From contig PXTT01000039.1 of the NCBI GenBank assembly GCA_003022535.1, positions 948 through 64,947 of the forward strand: DNA of 64,000 nt. The letters are read 5' to 3'. How positions within the stretch are numbered: position 1 is the stretch's first letter; each line of letters starts with the position of its first letter. Positions 28,000 through 36,899 of this stretch are shown one piece after another. The translations under genes and the position numbers were made by a program. This DNA comes from Bacteroidetes bacterium QS_9_68_14. GTDB lineage: Bacteria; Bacteroidota; Rhodothermia; Rhodothermales; Salinibacteraceae. The notes under the pieces were generated by a model, which was given only the letters and a program-made list of their open reading frames with translations, ran no database searches and had not been told where the DNA came from.

Positions 28000-28608
28000 G
28001 TGCTGGCGGCGGTGGGCCGGGTCGAGCGCCACCGCTTCGTAGACGCGGCCCTCCGCCCGCGCGCCTACCAAGACGAGGCGTTGCCCATCGGGCGGGGACA
28101 GACGATCTCCCAGCCCTTCACGGTGGCCTACCAGACGATGCTCCTCGACGTGCAGGCCGGCGACCGCGTGCTGGAGGTCGGGACCGGGAGCGGCTACCAG
28201 GCGGCGGTGCTGTGCGAGCTGGAGGCGCGCGTCTTCTCCGTCGAGCGCCACGCGCCGCTCTTGAAGCGAACGGACCGTCTGATGGAAGAGCTGGGCTACC
28301 GCGTAGTCACGCGCGCCGGCGACGGGACCCGCGGGTGGCCCGGCTACGCCCCCTTCGACGGAATCGTGGTGACGGCCGGCGCCAGCGGGGTGCCCGAGCC
28401 CCTCCTGGAGCAGCTACGCCCGCCCGAGGACGCGAGCGACGACGGCGCCTCGCGCGGGGGGCGCCTCGTCGTGCCCGTCGGTGACACGGAGGGACAACGC
28501 ATGGCCCGCTTCACGCGCACCGGGCCGGGCACCGCCCCCGAGCACTACGACCGTGAGAACTTCCGTTCGTTTCGCTTCGTCCCGCTCATCGGCGAGCACG
28601 CGGATTGA
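28000..28608 (+). CDS. pcm: Protein-L-isoaspartate O-methyltransferase (N-terminally short)
   Basis: VERHRFV...ALPIGRGQTISQPFTVA...VLEVGTGSGYQAAVL...DGIVVTAG...GGRLVVPVG. GTG start at 28000 with an in-frame TAG two codons upstream. Confidence 0.85.
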   Translation: MLAAVGRVERHRFVDAALRPRAYQDEALPIGRGQTISQPFTVAYQTMLLDVQAGDRVLEVGTGSGYQAAVLCELEARVFSVERHAPLLKRTDRLMEELGYRVVTRAGDGTRGWPGYAPFDGIVVTAGASGVPEPLLEQLRPPEDASDDGASRGGRLVVPVGDTEGQRMARFTRTGPGTAPEHYDRENFRSFRFVPLIGEHAD

Positions 28609-28802
28609 GGACCGGATCGAGCCACGCGTAGCACACTAAAAATTCGGCTTGTGCGCAGGAGCGCCTGCGTTGCGCGCAAGAGCGGTGCATGAGCACGTGA
28701 AGTGCGCAAGTGTGTAGGGACCTCGAATCCATTGCGCGAGAGATACCTACACGCTCGCTCCCTCACCCCCCTGCCTGCTCATCCGCTTTCGCTCTCCAGC
28801 AG

Positions 28803-30320
28803 TTACTCCAGAATCGTGCACGTGCCGGTGGTGTAGGCTTCGCGCAGGGCGTGCGTGGCGTTCTCGCGCAAGGCGTCGGGAGACTGCTCGGGGCCACGCA
28901 TGGGCGCAAGCCCAATGCTCACGCCCCCTTCGAGGGGCGCGCGGGCGTCGTCCATCTCTTCCTGGAAGGTAACGGCCCAGCGCTCCGCCTCGGCGCGGGC
29001 GCGGCGCAGGAAGACCCCGTAGGTCAGCTCGCCGAAGCGCTCCACACGCTCTCCCTCTTCGGGGAGCGCCCGGCGAAGCCGCACGCGAAAAGCCCGCTCG
29101 GCGCCGCGCACCTCGTCCTCGCCGCGCTCGGCGACGGCCTCGGCGCGGCTGAGGTACACGAGCGCCAGGGCCAGCGCGTGCCCTTCGTCGCGGGCCTGTT
29201 GCATCTCTTCGGCGATGATCTCGCCACGTGGGCGCGGATCGTCGCCGCCGTCCTGCTCCCTGGGCCGCGCCGGTTCCGTCTCACGTGCGGGCTCGCCGTC
29301 GCCGCCGGACGCGGCAAGCGCCGCTGGCGCCGAAGGGCGCTCCGAGAGGAGGCGCGCAAAGAGCTTGGCGAAGTGTTCCAGCAACGCGTCGGGAACGTCG
29401 TCGAGGACGTCCCGGCGGCCGTCGAGCACCAGGAAGCGCGTGGTCGGGTCGTCGGGGAGAGGGACGGGCACCAGCACGGCCGCCTCGGGGGAGGCAGAGG
29501 GCGGCGTGGCGTAGTAAGCCGTCGGGGGGCTTCCTGCGTCGTCGTCGTCGGCGTGGCGGGTGACGGGCCGCCGCGCGGCGCGGGCCGAGAGCAACGGCTC
29601 GTCGGTGGAAAAAGAATCGCCGGCGGCGCGGAGAGGCGGCGCGCCGTCCTGAGCGTCGGTGGCCTCGACGCGGTAGTCGAGGGCCCGCTCGGGCTGCGCG
29701 AGCAGGCAGGCCACGCGGGCGCCGGCCGTCAGGCGAAGCGCGCGCACGAGCGCTTCATGCGCGGTAGGCGCCGCGCCGCCCGTTTCATCGTCTTTAGTTT
29801 CGGTGGGCGCGTCGCCGGCGGGAGGCTCGGACGGCGTGGCTTCTACCGGCGTGGCTCGTTCGGGCGGGGCGCCGGCTTCTTCCTCGCCCTGCGCAGGGGC
29901 GTCGTGGCTGGCGTCGGCGCTTTGCGGGGCCTCCAGGCGCTCTTCTTGCGGAGGCGGGGCGCCGCCGTCCTGGGCGCTCGGCGCTTTTGTTTCGGGCTCC
30001 TCGTGCTCGGGCGCCTCTGCTCCTTCAGAGGAGCGCGCCGGCTCGCTTGCGCCCCCTTCCTCGCGGGGGCGGATGTCCATGATGCCCAACGACTCGAGCT
30101 CCGCTTCGTCGTCTTCCTTTTCTTTCTCTGCCGCGCGAGCGGATGGCTTGCGCGCGCGACGGTCCTCGCGGCGGCGGGCCGGCCACTGCTTCCACCCCCA
30201 TACCCCGATGGCCCCGAGCACCAGGACGCCGGCGGCCACGTACAGCCACGGACGCTCCGCGACGAAACCGATGCTGGCCGCCAGGACGGCGAGCAGAACG
30301 AGAACAGCACGCGGGGGCAT
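28803..30320 (-). CDS. Membrane-anchored protein with an acidic low-complexity linker, a GAF-like region and a degenerate GGDEF-like C-terminal domain (tentative)
   Basis: Two N-terminal TM helices. The C-terminus aligns by eye to the GGDEF fold (ALALVYLS...VERFGELTYGVFL...GGVSIGLAP...ALRENATHALREAYTTG), but GGDEF is replaced by GELTY. Confidence 0.45.
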   Translation of the reverse strand: MPPRAVLVLLAVLAASIGFVAERPWLYVAAGVLVLGAIGVWGWKQWPARRREDRRARKPSARAAEKEKEDDEAELESLGIMDIRPREEGGASEPARSSEGAEAPEHEEPETKAPSAQDGGAPPPQEERLEAPQSADASHDAPAQGEEEAGAPPERATPVEATPSEPPAGDAPTETKDDETGGAAPTAHEALVRALRLTAGARVACLLAQPERALDYRVEATDAQDGAPPLRAAGDSFSTDEPLLSARAARRPVTRHADDDDAGSPPTAYYATPPSASPEAAVLVPVPLPDDPTTRFLVLDGRRDVLDDVPDALLEHFAKLFARLLSERPSAPAALAASGGDGEPARETEPARPREQDGGDDPRPRGEIIAEEMQQARDEGHALALALVYLSRAEAVAERGEDEVRGAERAFRVRLRRALPEEGERVERFGELTYGVFLRRARAEAERWAVTFQEEMDDARAPLEGGVSIGLAPMRGPEQSPDALRENATHALREAYTTGTCTILE

Positions 30321-30380
30321 AGTAGCGCGATAGTGGCGCGGAGGCGCAGAAGAGAGAGGACCTGCAAAGCAAGGTACTCC

Positions 30381-30432
30381 GCGCCACGCGGCAATGTCAA
30401 TGACGCGCGCCACGCGGCAATGTCAGTGACGC
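30381..30432. repeat. Tandem 26-bp direct repeat x2 in a divergent intergenic region
   Basis: GCGCCACGCGGCAATGTCAaTGACGC followed by GCGCCACGCGGCAATGTCAgTGACGC. Each unit contains the near-palindrome TGTCA-N-TGAC. Confidence 0.85.
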
Positions 30433-30507
30433 CCCGGGCAACAAACGTCTCCCCCTGGCGGTATGAACGCGCTCACTTGCTGATTCTTTCTGCTCCACCC
30501 TCCCGCT

Positions 30508-30828
30508 ATGAGCGTCCGCCAGAAAGCCTTCGTCGTGCGCATCCGTCCTGGGAGTACGCACGGGATCGACGAGCTCAACGTCCAGCTCGGGCGGGGATGG
30601 CACGTCGTGAAGGTGGCGCCGATGGGCGGGGCCGGCGTGGGCAGCCCCGAGAGCGATCCCCCTGAGCTGTGCCTCGCCGCGCTCGTCGTCGCCGAGCGGC
30701 GCGAGGACAAAGACGAAGCCGCTGCCGAGGTCGTCGCCCAGACCGAGGAGGAAGCCGAGGGGGTCGTCGAGGAGATCATGCACGGGGAGGAGCTGAAAGA
30801 AGAGCACAACGGCGGCAACAGTTCGTAG
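30508..30828 (+). CDS. Small protein, DUF4177-like N-terminal half with an acidic tail (tentative)
   Basis: 106-aa ORF with a G-poor leader (CTGCTCCACCCTCCCGCT-ATG). ELNVQLGRGWHVVKV resembles the DUF4177 core. Confidence 0.35.
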   Translation: MSVRQKAFVVRIRPGSTHGIDELNVQLGRGWHVVKVAPMGGAGVGSPESDPPELCLAALVVAERREDKDEAAAEVVAQTEEEAEGVVEEIMHGEELKEEHNGGNSS

Positions 30829-30871
30829 AAGACGCGACGTTTCCCTCTTCGCTCTATCCTTACGCCTCCCC

Positions 30872-31921
30872 ATGCCCCCCGACGATCCCAGCGACGGCTC
30901 CCCGACGCGCACCGGCGGGGCCGAGCAGCGCCCTCCGTTTTCTCCGTCTGCCCCGGCAGAGACGCCGGCCCGTTCCGGCGGGACGCCCGACGGCTCGCCC
31001 GACGCGGAGAACGGCGCGTACCGTCCCGCCGACTCGCGCTACGGGCTGCCCGAGCGCTTCGAGCGCGACCACCTCGACGACGAGTCCGTCGAGGACATCC
31101 ACGACACGAACGAGATTTTCACCCGCATTGCCGCCAATGCCAATCAGGAGTTCGGGCACCCCACGCAGCTGCTCTTCTGGAGCGGGCTGGCGGCCGGGCT
31201 TGCCATCAGCCTTTCGTTTCTGGGCATGGCGGCGGTGGAGAGCGCGATGGGCTCCGGCGACCACGTGAAGTTGGTCTCCTCACTGATGTATCCGCTGGGG
31301 TTCCTCTTCGTCGTGTTGGGGCGCTACCAGCTCTTTACCGAGAACACGCTTACGCCCGTCACGCTGGTCCTCACGCGCCGCGCCTCGGTCCCGCGACTCC
31401 TGCGCATCTGGGGCCTGGTGCTCTTCGCCAACGTGCTGGGGACGAGCTTCGCGGGCTTCTACTTCTCGGCCACGAGCATTCTGGACGGGGCGATGGCCGC
31501 CGCTGCTACTGAGATCAGCACGCATACGCTGGAGATGGGATGGGGGGCGCTCTTTACGAAAGGCACCATCGCCGGGTGGCTGGTGGCGGGCATGGTGTGG
31601 CTGAACTTTTCCGCACGTACCGCCATGGCGCGCATCTTGATCGTCTTCGCGCTGATGTATGTCGTCGCCGCGATGGACCTGGCGCACTGCATCGTCGGCT
31701 CGGCAGAGGTGCTCTACCTCGTCTTCGAGGGCGAAGCGGGGCTGCTGGACTGGCTGTGGCGCTTCCTGGCCCCCGCCGCGCTGGGCAACACCATCGGCGG
31801 CGTCCTTCTCGTAGCGCTCCTCAACTATGCGCAGACCGGTGCAGAGGTGCACTCGGGGCGCCGCGCGCTCTCCTGGCGGGACTGGCTGCTGGGCACCCAC
31901 GACGCGGAGCCGGCGGCGTGA
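30872..31921 (+). CDS. Formate/nitrite transporter (FNT) family channel with a ~90-aa hydrophilic N-terminal extension
   Basis: Six TM helices with FNT-like motifs (LFTENTLTPV, ANVLGTSF, GWLVAGMVWL, AHCIVGSAE, LGNTIGG). Confidence 0.8.
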   Translation: MPPDDPSDGSPTRTGGAEQRPPFSPSAPAETPARSGGTPDGSPDAENGAYRPADSRYGLPERFERDHLDDESVEDIHDTNEIFTRIAANANQEFGHPTQLLFWSGLAAGLAISLSFLGMAAVESAMGSGDHVKLVSSLMYPLGFLFVVLGRYQLFTENTLTPVTLVLTRRASVPRLLRIWGLVLFANVLGTSFAGFYFSATSILDGAMAAAATEISTHTLEMGWGALFTKGTIAGWLVAGMVWLNFSARTAMARILIVFALMYVVAAMDLAHCIVGSAEVLYLVFEGEAGLLDWLWRFLAPAALGNTIGGVLLVALLNYAQTGAEVHSGRRALSWRDWLLGTHDAEPAA

Positions 31922-32200
31922 CCAAGAAGCGCGCGACGGCGGCGGCGACGGGCGCCTCTCACGGCCCGCCCGCTCCGCGTGGCCGGGCGATTCGCGCTCG
32001 GGCGTTGCCTTCTTTCCTGGGGTATCGACCGGGACGAAGGCCGCTTGACGACGATGCAGAAACGAGCGTTCTGACGCGTCGTGGCCATGCCGCCCCCAGC
32101 AGGCTCGGTTCCTCGCTCGCCCTCGGAGCGCGCCCGTCCTGCCGGCCTCGCGCTCCCGCTCGTGCTGAGGGTTCTTTTCCCGCGCTGCCGCTTTCTGCGC

Positions 32201-32902
32201 TTACCCGAGGTTCACGTTGATCCACGTCCACGAGGGGATGTCGCGCCAACCGTAGTTGCCCGACCGCACGCGCGCCGGCTCCCACCGCATCTGCGTGACT
32301 GCGCGGCGCACCACGTCGTTGAGTACCGGATGGCCGCCCTCCATCATCTTAATCGCCTGCGGCTTTCCCTGCGCCCCCACGCGCACCTGCATCCAGACGC
32401 TCCCGCCCTCAGAGCGCAGGCTGTCGGGATAGGGCACAGGGATGTCTTCCCCGAGCCGAAGCTTCTGGGCCGGCGGGTAGAAGTCCTCACTGATGCGGTC
32501 GTGGCTGCGCTTCACGAAGGCATCCATGCTGTCCTGCACGTTGGCCACGCCGGCGATCTCATCCACGCGCGGGGCCACGTGCTGCGCGAAGAGCGAGTCA
32601 ACGGTTTCAGGAGCCTTGCGGTAGAGCTTCTTGAGGTCCTGCTTGACCGCGAGCGCCACCTGCTCATTCGTCGGGTTGGAGGTGGCAGAAAGCACGGGCG
32701 CCTGTCCGCTCACGCCCATCGCTTCGACGGTCGAGAGGTCGCGGAAGGCCGCGGCCGTGTCCACCTCGGCGGTCCACCAGCGGTTGCCGTCGGCCTGCCA
32801 CCCCTCCGGCGGGGCGGTCTCGATGGAAGAGCCGCCGCACCCGGCCGTCGTGAGCAGGGCGACCGCGAGCAGAACGAGAAGAGCACAGGGGGAGCAACGC
32901 AT
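32201..32902 (-). CDS. Lipoprotein with a TonB C-terminal-like domain
   Basis: Lipobox LLTTAGC. C-terminal YPDSLRSEGGSVWMQVRVGAQGKPQAIKMMEGGHPVLNDVVRRAVTQMRWEPA resembles a TonB_C fold. Only the last 233 codons of ORF 32201..33970 are taken as real. Confidence 0.5.
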   Translation of the reverse strand: MRCSPCALLVLLAVALLTTAGCGGSSIETAPPEGWQADGNRWWTAEVDTAAAFRDLSTVEAMGVSGQAPVLSATSNPTNEQVALAVKQDLKKLYRKAPETVDSLFAQHVAPRVDEIAGVANVQDSMDAFVKRSHDRISEDFYPPAQKLRLGEDIPVPYPDSLRSEGGSVWMQVRVGAQGKPQAIKMMEGGHPVLNDVVRRAVTQMRWEPARVRSGNYGWRDIPSWTWINVNLG

Positions 32903-33093
32903 CGTAGCAACCGGGCGGGAAGGGAACCTTCGAGGAGGGAATGAGCAGGAAGGGGGCGTGGCTCTCAAGCCGTACCCGCTGCGAGCATGGAAAGGCCCAT
33001 TGGCGAGCTTCTCACTTGCGCTCCCGTATCGCTCACCCGCCGCCGCAAAGAGAGCGGGCAAGCGACCATGCGGCCCCGCAGTGGGGGAACTTC

Positions 33094-33771
33094 TCAAGCC
33101 ACGCGCCCTCGCGCGAGTTGGTAGACGTGCTTCGTTGCGAACTGGGGATCGCGCAGGTGTCGGCGCACGAATCGGCGGAAGCTGCGCTCGTTCCAGAAGT
33201 TGACGTGGCCGGGATCGGGGCTGAGGCCTAGTGCGCGCCCCAGGTCGTTGAGCCAGCGAAAGTACGGCTCGCGCGGGACGCTGACGACGACCGCCCGGCG
33301 CGCCACGCGGCGTAGCTCGGCGAGCGCCTCGTCGGGCCGGTCCAGGTGCTCGAGCACCTCGCTGCACACGACCGTGTCGAAGGCGTCCGCGGCGAACGGC
33401 AGGTCGTAGAGGTCCCCCTCCTCGTAGCGCGCGCCAGCGGGGCCGGCGTGACGGCGCGCGTAGCGGATGGCCGCCTCCCTCATGTCCACGCCCGTCAGGT
33501 CCCAGTCCGCGTTCTGCTCGCGCAGGAAGCGCGTCACGAAGCCTTCTCCGCACCCCGCATCCAGCACCGATCGGGGCGCCGTGCGCGCGGTCATTTCGTA
33601 GAGGCGGTGCATGAACTGGCGCAGGTGCCAGTGGTAGAGCGGCCCGCCGGAGGTGTACTTCTGGAAGTTGGGCGAGTCGGGCGTGGCCGGTGCGCCGTCC
33701 GTGGCGATGGCCTCTGAGGGGTCGTTTTCGGCCGGAGAGGACGCAGCGGGGCGCTCGTTCGGCGAGGTCAT
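33094..33771 (-). CDS. Class I SAM-dependent methyltransferase
   Basis: Motif I VLDAGCGEGF, then DLTGVDM, DTVVCSEVLEHL, and AVVVSVP. ATG at 33769-33771 is preceded by a C/A-rich repeat leader. Confidence 0.8.
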   Translation of the reverse strand: MTSPNERPAASSPAENDPSEAIATDGAPATPDSPNFQKYTSGGPLYHWHLRQFMHRLYEMTARTAPRSVLDAGCGEGFVTRFLREQNADWDLTGVDMREAAIRYARRHAGPAGARYEEGDLYDLPFAADAFDTVVCSEVLEHLDRPDEALAELRRVARRAVVVSVPREPYFRWLNDLGRALGLSPDPGHVNFWNERSFRRFVRRHLRDPQFATKHVYQLARGRVA

Positions 33772-33981
33772 GCGGAAGGAGAACGGGAAAGCAAAACGAG
33801 ACGGGGTGGGTAGCAGGTAGTGGGTAGCAGATGGGTTTCGGTTTTCCGGCCCCAACAGCGGGAGCCTCCCGTCCACGATCTCGCCATCCCCCATTCCCCC
33901 TGTGCGACGGGCGGAGGCCCGCCAGAGAGCAAAGCGCCGGCCGCGCAAATCGTCTCGCCAACCTGCACAAGCCCCCGGCGT

Positions 33982-34818
33982 CTACTCGATCACGACGGGC
34001 GTGCCGACCTCCACCCGGTTCCAGATCTTGCTCAGGTCGCGGTTGTGAAGCGCCACGCAGCCGCGCGTCCAGTTGCGCGCCTCACCGGTGCCATCGCCGT
34101 GGATCTCGATCATCCCGCCCAGGGGCGTGTCCATCGGCGGCGGGGCGAGTTCCTCTTGTGCCTCTACGATCTGGCGGTGCTCGCGGGGCGTAATGAGGCC
34201 GTTCTCCAGGCCGCGAGCGGCGTCGGCGGCGGTCGGGTAGTTTAGCACGAGCGCGCGGTCGAACCGGCTGTGCGGGTTTTTGCGCACGATGTACAGGGTA
34301 CCCTCGGGTGTACGCCAGTCGTCGCGGCGAAGCTGCGATCCGCGTCGCTTCTTGTCGAGGAAGGCGTTGGGGCCGAAGTCCGCCGGGGCGGCGACCACGC
34401 GGCGTGTGCCCTCGTAGAGGTAGGCGCGCTGAGCGCGCTTGGAGACGCGCACCCAGACGTTGGAGATGGCGTGGGAGCGCACGTAGCCTTCGGCCCCGCC
34501 GTCGGTGCGCACGCGGCTCCAGCGCGGGCCGTCCTCCAACAGGTGGAGCGGCTCGCGGAAATCGATCTCCAGGTACGGGTCGGTCGAGTCGGGCCGGGAG
34601 AACATCGTGGCCGGTTGGCCGATGACGTGGTATGGCGCCTGCGCGGGCGCGCCGGCGGCTGGGTGAGCGGAGGGCCCGGCCTGGGGGGCTTCGCTGGCGG
34701 CCCCTTCGGAGGGCGTGGCCGGCTGCGCCGCGGCCGGCACGGCGAGGCCGCCGCAGAGCAGAAGCGCGGAGACGGCAAAGAGGGCGCGCATGGGAGGGCG
34801 AGACAGAACGTGCTCCAT
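33982..34818 (-). CDS. L,D-transpeptidase (YkuD domain) with an N-terminal SH3-like domain
   Basis: Signal peptide, an SH3b-like region (WSRVRTDGGAEGYVRSH), and a YkuD catalytic region (IEIHGDG...TRGCVALHN). Confidence 0.8.
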   Translation of the reverse strand: MEHVLSRPPMRALFAVSALLLCGGLAVPAAAQPATPSEGAASEAPQAGPSAHPAAGAPAQAPYHVIGQPATMFSRPDSTDPYLEIDFREPLHLLEDGPRWSRVRTDGGAEGYVRSHAISNVWVRVSKRAQRAYLYEGTRRVVAAPADFGPNAFLDKKRRGSQLRRDDWRTPEGTLYIVRKNPHSRFDRALVLNYPTAADAARGLENGLITPREHRQIVEAQEELAPPPMDTPLGGMIEIHGDGTGEARNWTRGCVALHNRDLSKIWNRVEVGTPVVIE

Positions 34819-34950
34819 GTAATCAGCGCTTCTCAGGAGGAGGGGGGCTGCTCCCGAACCGGGGGCTCCCGGCGTTACGCGGGCGTTCCAAAATGACAGG
34901 AATCGGTGCTACGTGGCTCGGGAGCGTGATGTTCGCGCCTGGAGCTGCCG

Positions 34951-35724
34951 TCAAGCGGCTGCCGGCGTGTCCTCCGTCCCTCGGGCCACGCACTGTCGAT
35001 ACGCCGCTAGGGTGCCCCGGGCCACGCGCCCTTCGGCGACGTGCCCGCCCGCCTCGCGCACGGCGTGGCGCACCGCCTCGTCGGCGTTGCTCGGTGCCAG
35101 CGGAAGACCGACGGCCTCGAGCGCCTCGACGTCGCCTTCTGAGTCGCCGATGTAGGCGACCTCTTCGAGGGCCACGCCGAGGTGATCGGCCAGCCAGCAC
35201 AGGCCCTGCTTTTTGGTGAGCCGCGGGGAAAGCACGTCCACACTCACCTCCGTGGCGAAGGCACGCAGGGCCGGCGCGCGCTTCTCGAGAAAGCGGCGCA
35301 CGCGCCCGGTGGCCTCGGCGACCTCTTCGGGGTTCGGCCCCACCAGGCCGGCCTGCGTGCGCTTGGCGTGGTCGAGGCTCAGGGCCGTGCCCGGCACGAG
35401 CTCGGCGGCCATCCAGTCGCGCACGGCGCCGAGCGTGTCGGCGAGAGCATCGGTGAAGTCCGGGTGCCACGCGACCTGCGCCGCGGCGGGGTCGAAGCGC
35501 CCGCCTCCGCTTTCGAAAAGCACCGGCGCGGCGAGGCCCAGCGTCTGCGTCATCGCCTCGACGTAGGGGTAGGACCGCCCCGAGCAGAGCGTGAGGCGCG
35601 GCGCGGCGGAGCCCTCCTCGGCGTGGGCGGCGGCTTCAGCCAGCGCCTGGAGGGCGTCCAGGTCGAAGGGCCGGTACGGCTCGGCCAGGCAGCCATCAAT
35701 GTCGCAGACGAAGAGGCGAATCAA
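34951..35724 (-). CDS. HAD-IIB (Cof-like) phosphatase
   Basis: Motif I FVCDIDGCL, motif II CSGR, K in TKKQG, and motif IV GDSEGD. The start is uncertain: TTG at 35724 with a C/A-rich leader is preferred over GTG at 35781. Confidence 0.7.
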   Translation of the reverse strand: MIRLFVCDIDGCLAEPYRPFDLDALQALAEAAAHAEEGSAAPRLTLCSGRSYPYVEAMTQTLGLAAPVLFESGGGRFDPAAAQVAWHPDFTDALADTLGAVRDWMAAELVPGTALSLDHAKRTQAGLVGPNPEEVAEATGRVRRFLEKRAPALRAFATEVSVDVLSPRLTKKQGLCWLADHLGVALEEVAYIGDSEGDVEALEAVGLPLAPSNADEAVRHAVREAGGHVAEGRVARGTLAAYRQCVARGTEDTPAAA

Positions 35725-35790
35725 GGGATTGGCGATTTTCGATTGGTCGCGGCACGCCCCCTTTCTCCCACACCCCCGCACTCCCGCGCT

Positions 35791-36633
35791 CTACTCCTCT
35801 TCGGCCTCAGCGTAGGCGCTGGTGAGGTCCTGGATAATCTCGTCGGACATGCCCATCGAACTGAAGCCGCCGTCGTGGTAGAGCGTCTGCATCGTCACCA
35901 TGCGCGTGTAGTCGCTCAGCAACGTCATCGCGTAGTCCGCGCAGCTGGCCTGGTCGGCGTTGCCGAGAGGAGCGGCGCGGTTGGCGAACTGGTACATCGC
36001 GTCGAAGCCCTCGATGCCGCTCCCGGCGAGGGTGCGCGTGGGGCTCTGGCTGATGGCGTTGATGCGAATGCCGCGCTCCCCCAACCGGTAGCCGAAGGAG
36101 CGCACGATGCTCTCCAGGAGCGCCTTCGCGTCGCCCATCTCGCTGTACTTCGAGAAGATGCGCTGCGCCCCGATGTAGCTGAGGGCGATGATGGAAGCGC
36201 CGTCGTTGATCGCGCCGCTCTCGAGGCCGTGGCGCACGATGCGGTGCAGGCTCGTGGCCGAGATGTCGAGCGTCTGCTGGTACCAGTTGTAGTCGAGCTC
36301 TTCGTAAGACGTATCTTTGCGCACGTTCACCCCCATCCCGATGGCGTGCACGATGAAGTCGAGCCCGCCGCCCAGCTCGGACTGCACGTCGTCGAAGAGT
36401 TCTTCGAGATCGTCGTCGCTGGTCGCGTCGGCCCAGAGGGCGGGGCTGCCGGTCTGTTCGGCGAGCTCGTCCATCGAGCCGAGGCGGCGGGCCACCGGGG
36501 CGTTCGAGAGGGCCATCTCGGCGCCCTCGCGGTCGGCAGCCTCGGCGATGGACCACGCGAGGGAGCGCTCGTCCATCGCACCAAAGATGAGGCCGGTCTT
36601 GCCGTCGAGCAGGCCGTGTCCGTCAGCAGCCAT
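35791..36633 (-). CDS. fabI: Enoyl-[acyl-carrier-protein] reductase (NADH), FabI type
   Basis: LLDGKTGLIFG...SLAWSIA..., VHAIG, YIGA...Y..MG.AKA and INAIS..P.RTLA. An alternative ATG lies at 36654. Confidence 0.85.
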   Translation of the reverse strand: MAADGHGLLDGKTGLIFGAMDERSLAWSIAEAADREGAEMALSNAPVARRLGSMDELAEQTGSPALWADATSDDDLEELFDDVQSELGGGLDFIVHAIGMGVNVRKDTSYEELDYNWYQQTLDISATSLHRIVRHGLESGAINDGASIIALSYIGAQRIFSKYSEMGDAKALLESIVRSFGYRLGERGIRINAISQSPTRTLAGSGIEGFDAMYQFANRAAPLGNADQASCADYAMTLLSDYTRMVTMQTLYHDGGFSSMGMSDEIIQDLTSAYAEAEEE

Positions 36634-36899
36634 CGCGTTGCGTGGGAAGGGCATTTTGTGGAAAAGCGAGGCCGCCCATGTGCAACGTAAGCAAGCGGTG
36701 GGGAACGATGCCACCGCACGGAAGCAACGCGCAGCCTCCAGACGACCGGCTTTTGAGATCTCGATACCCGGCGCTGTTTTTGCTCGCCCGGCAATTGCCT
36801 CCTGCTTCCTCCTTCGGTCACTCGCTGTGGCCCCTCGCGCCGGTCCGCCGGAGCAAAAGTGTAACGGCTGCCGGGCAGAAGGAGGTGTTTTGAAACACC

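Noticed and set aside
28710-30665. 651-aa plus-strand ORF. Similar long R/G/A-rich ORFs occur at 38510..40087, 38625..40478, 40247..41284 and 42827..44449.
   Set aside because: All lie antisense to genes with clear homology or topology signals and have arginine-rich low-complexity translations. They are explained by GC3 bias on the opposite strand.
32201-33970. 589-aa minus-strand ORF that might be a single large protein
   Set aside because: Only the last 233 codons (from MRCSPCALL, with a lipobox) look real. The upstream part is R/P/A-rich and overlaps the well-supported methyltransferase gene in another frame.
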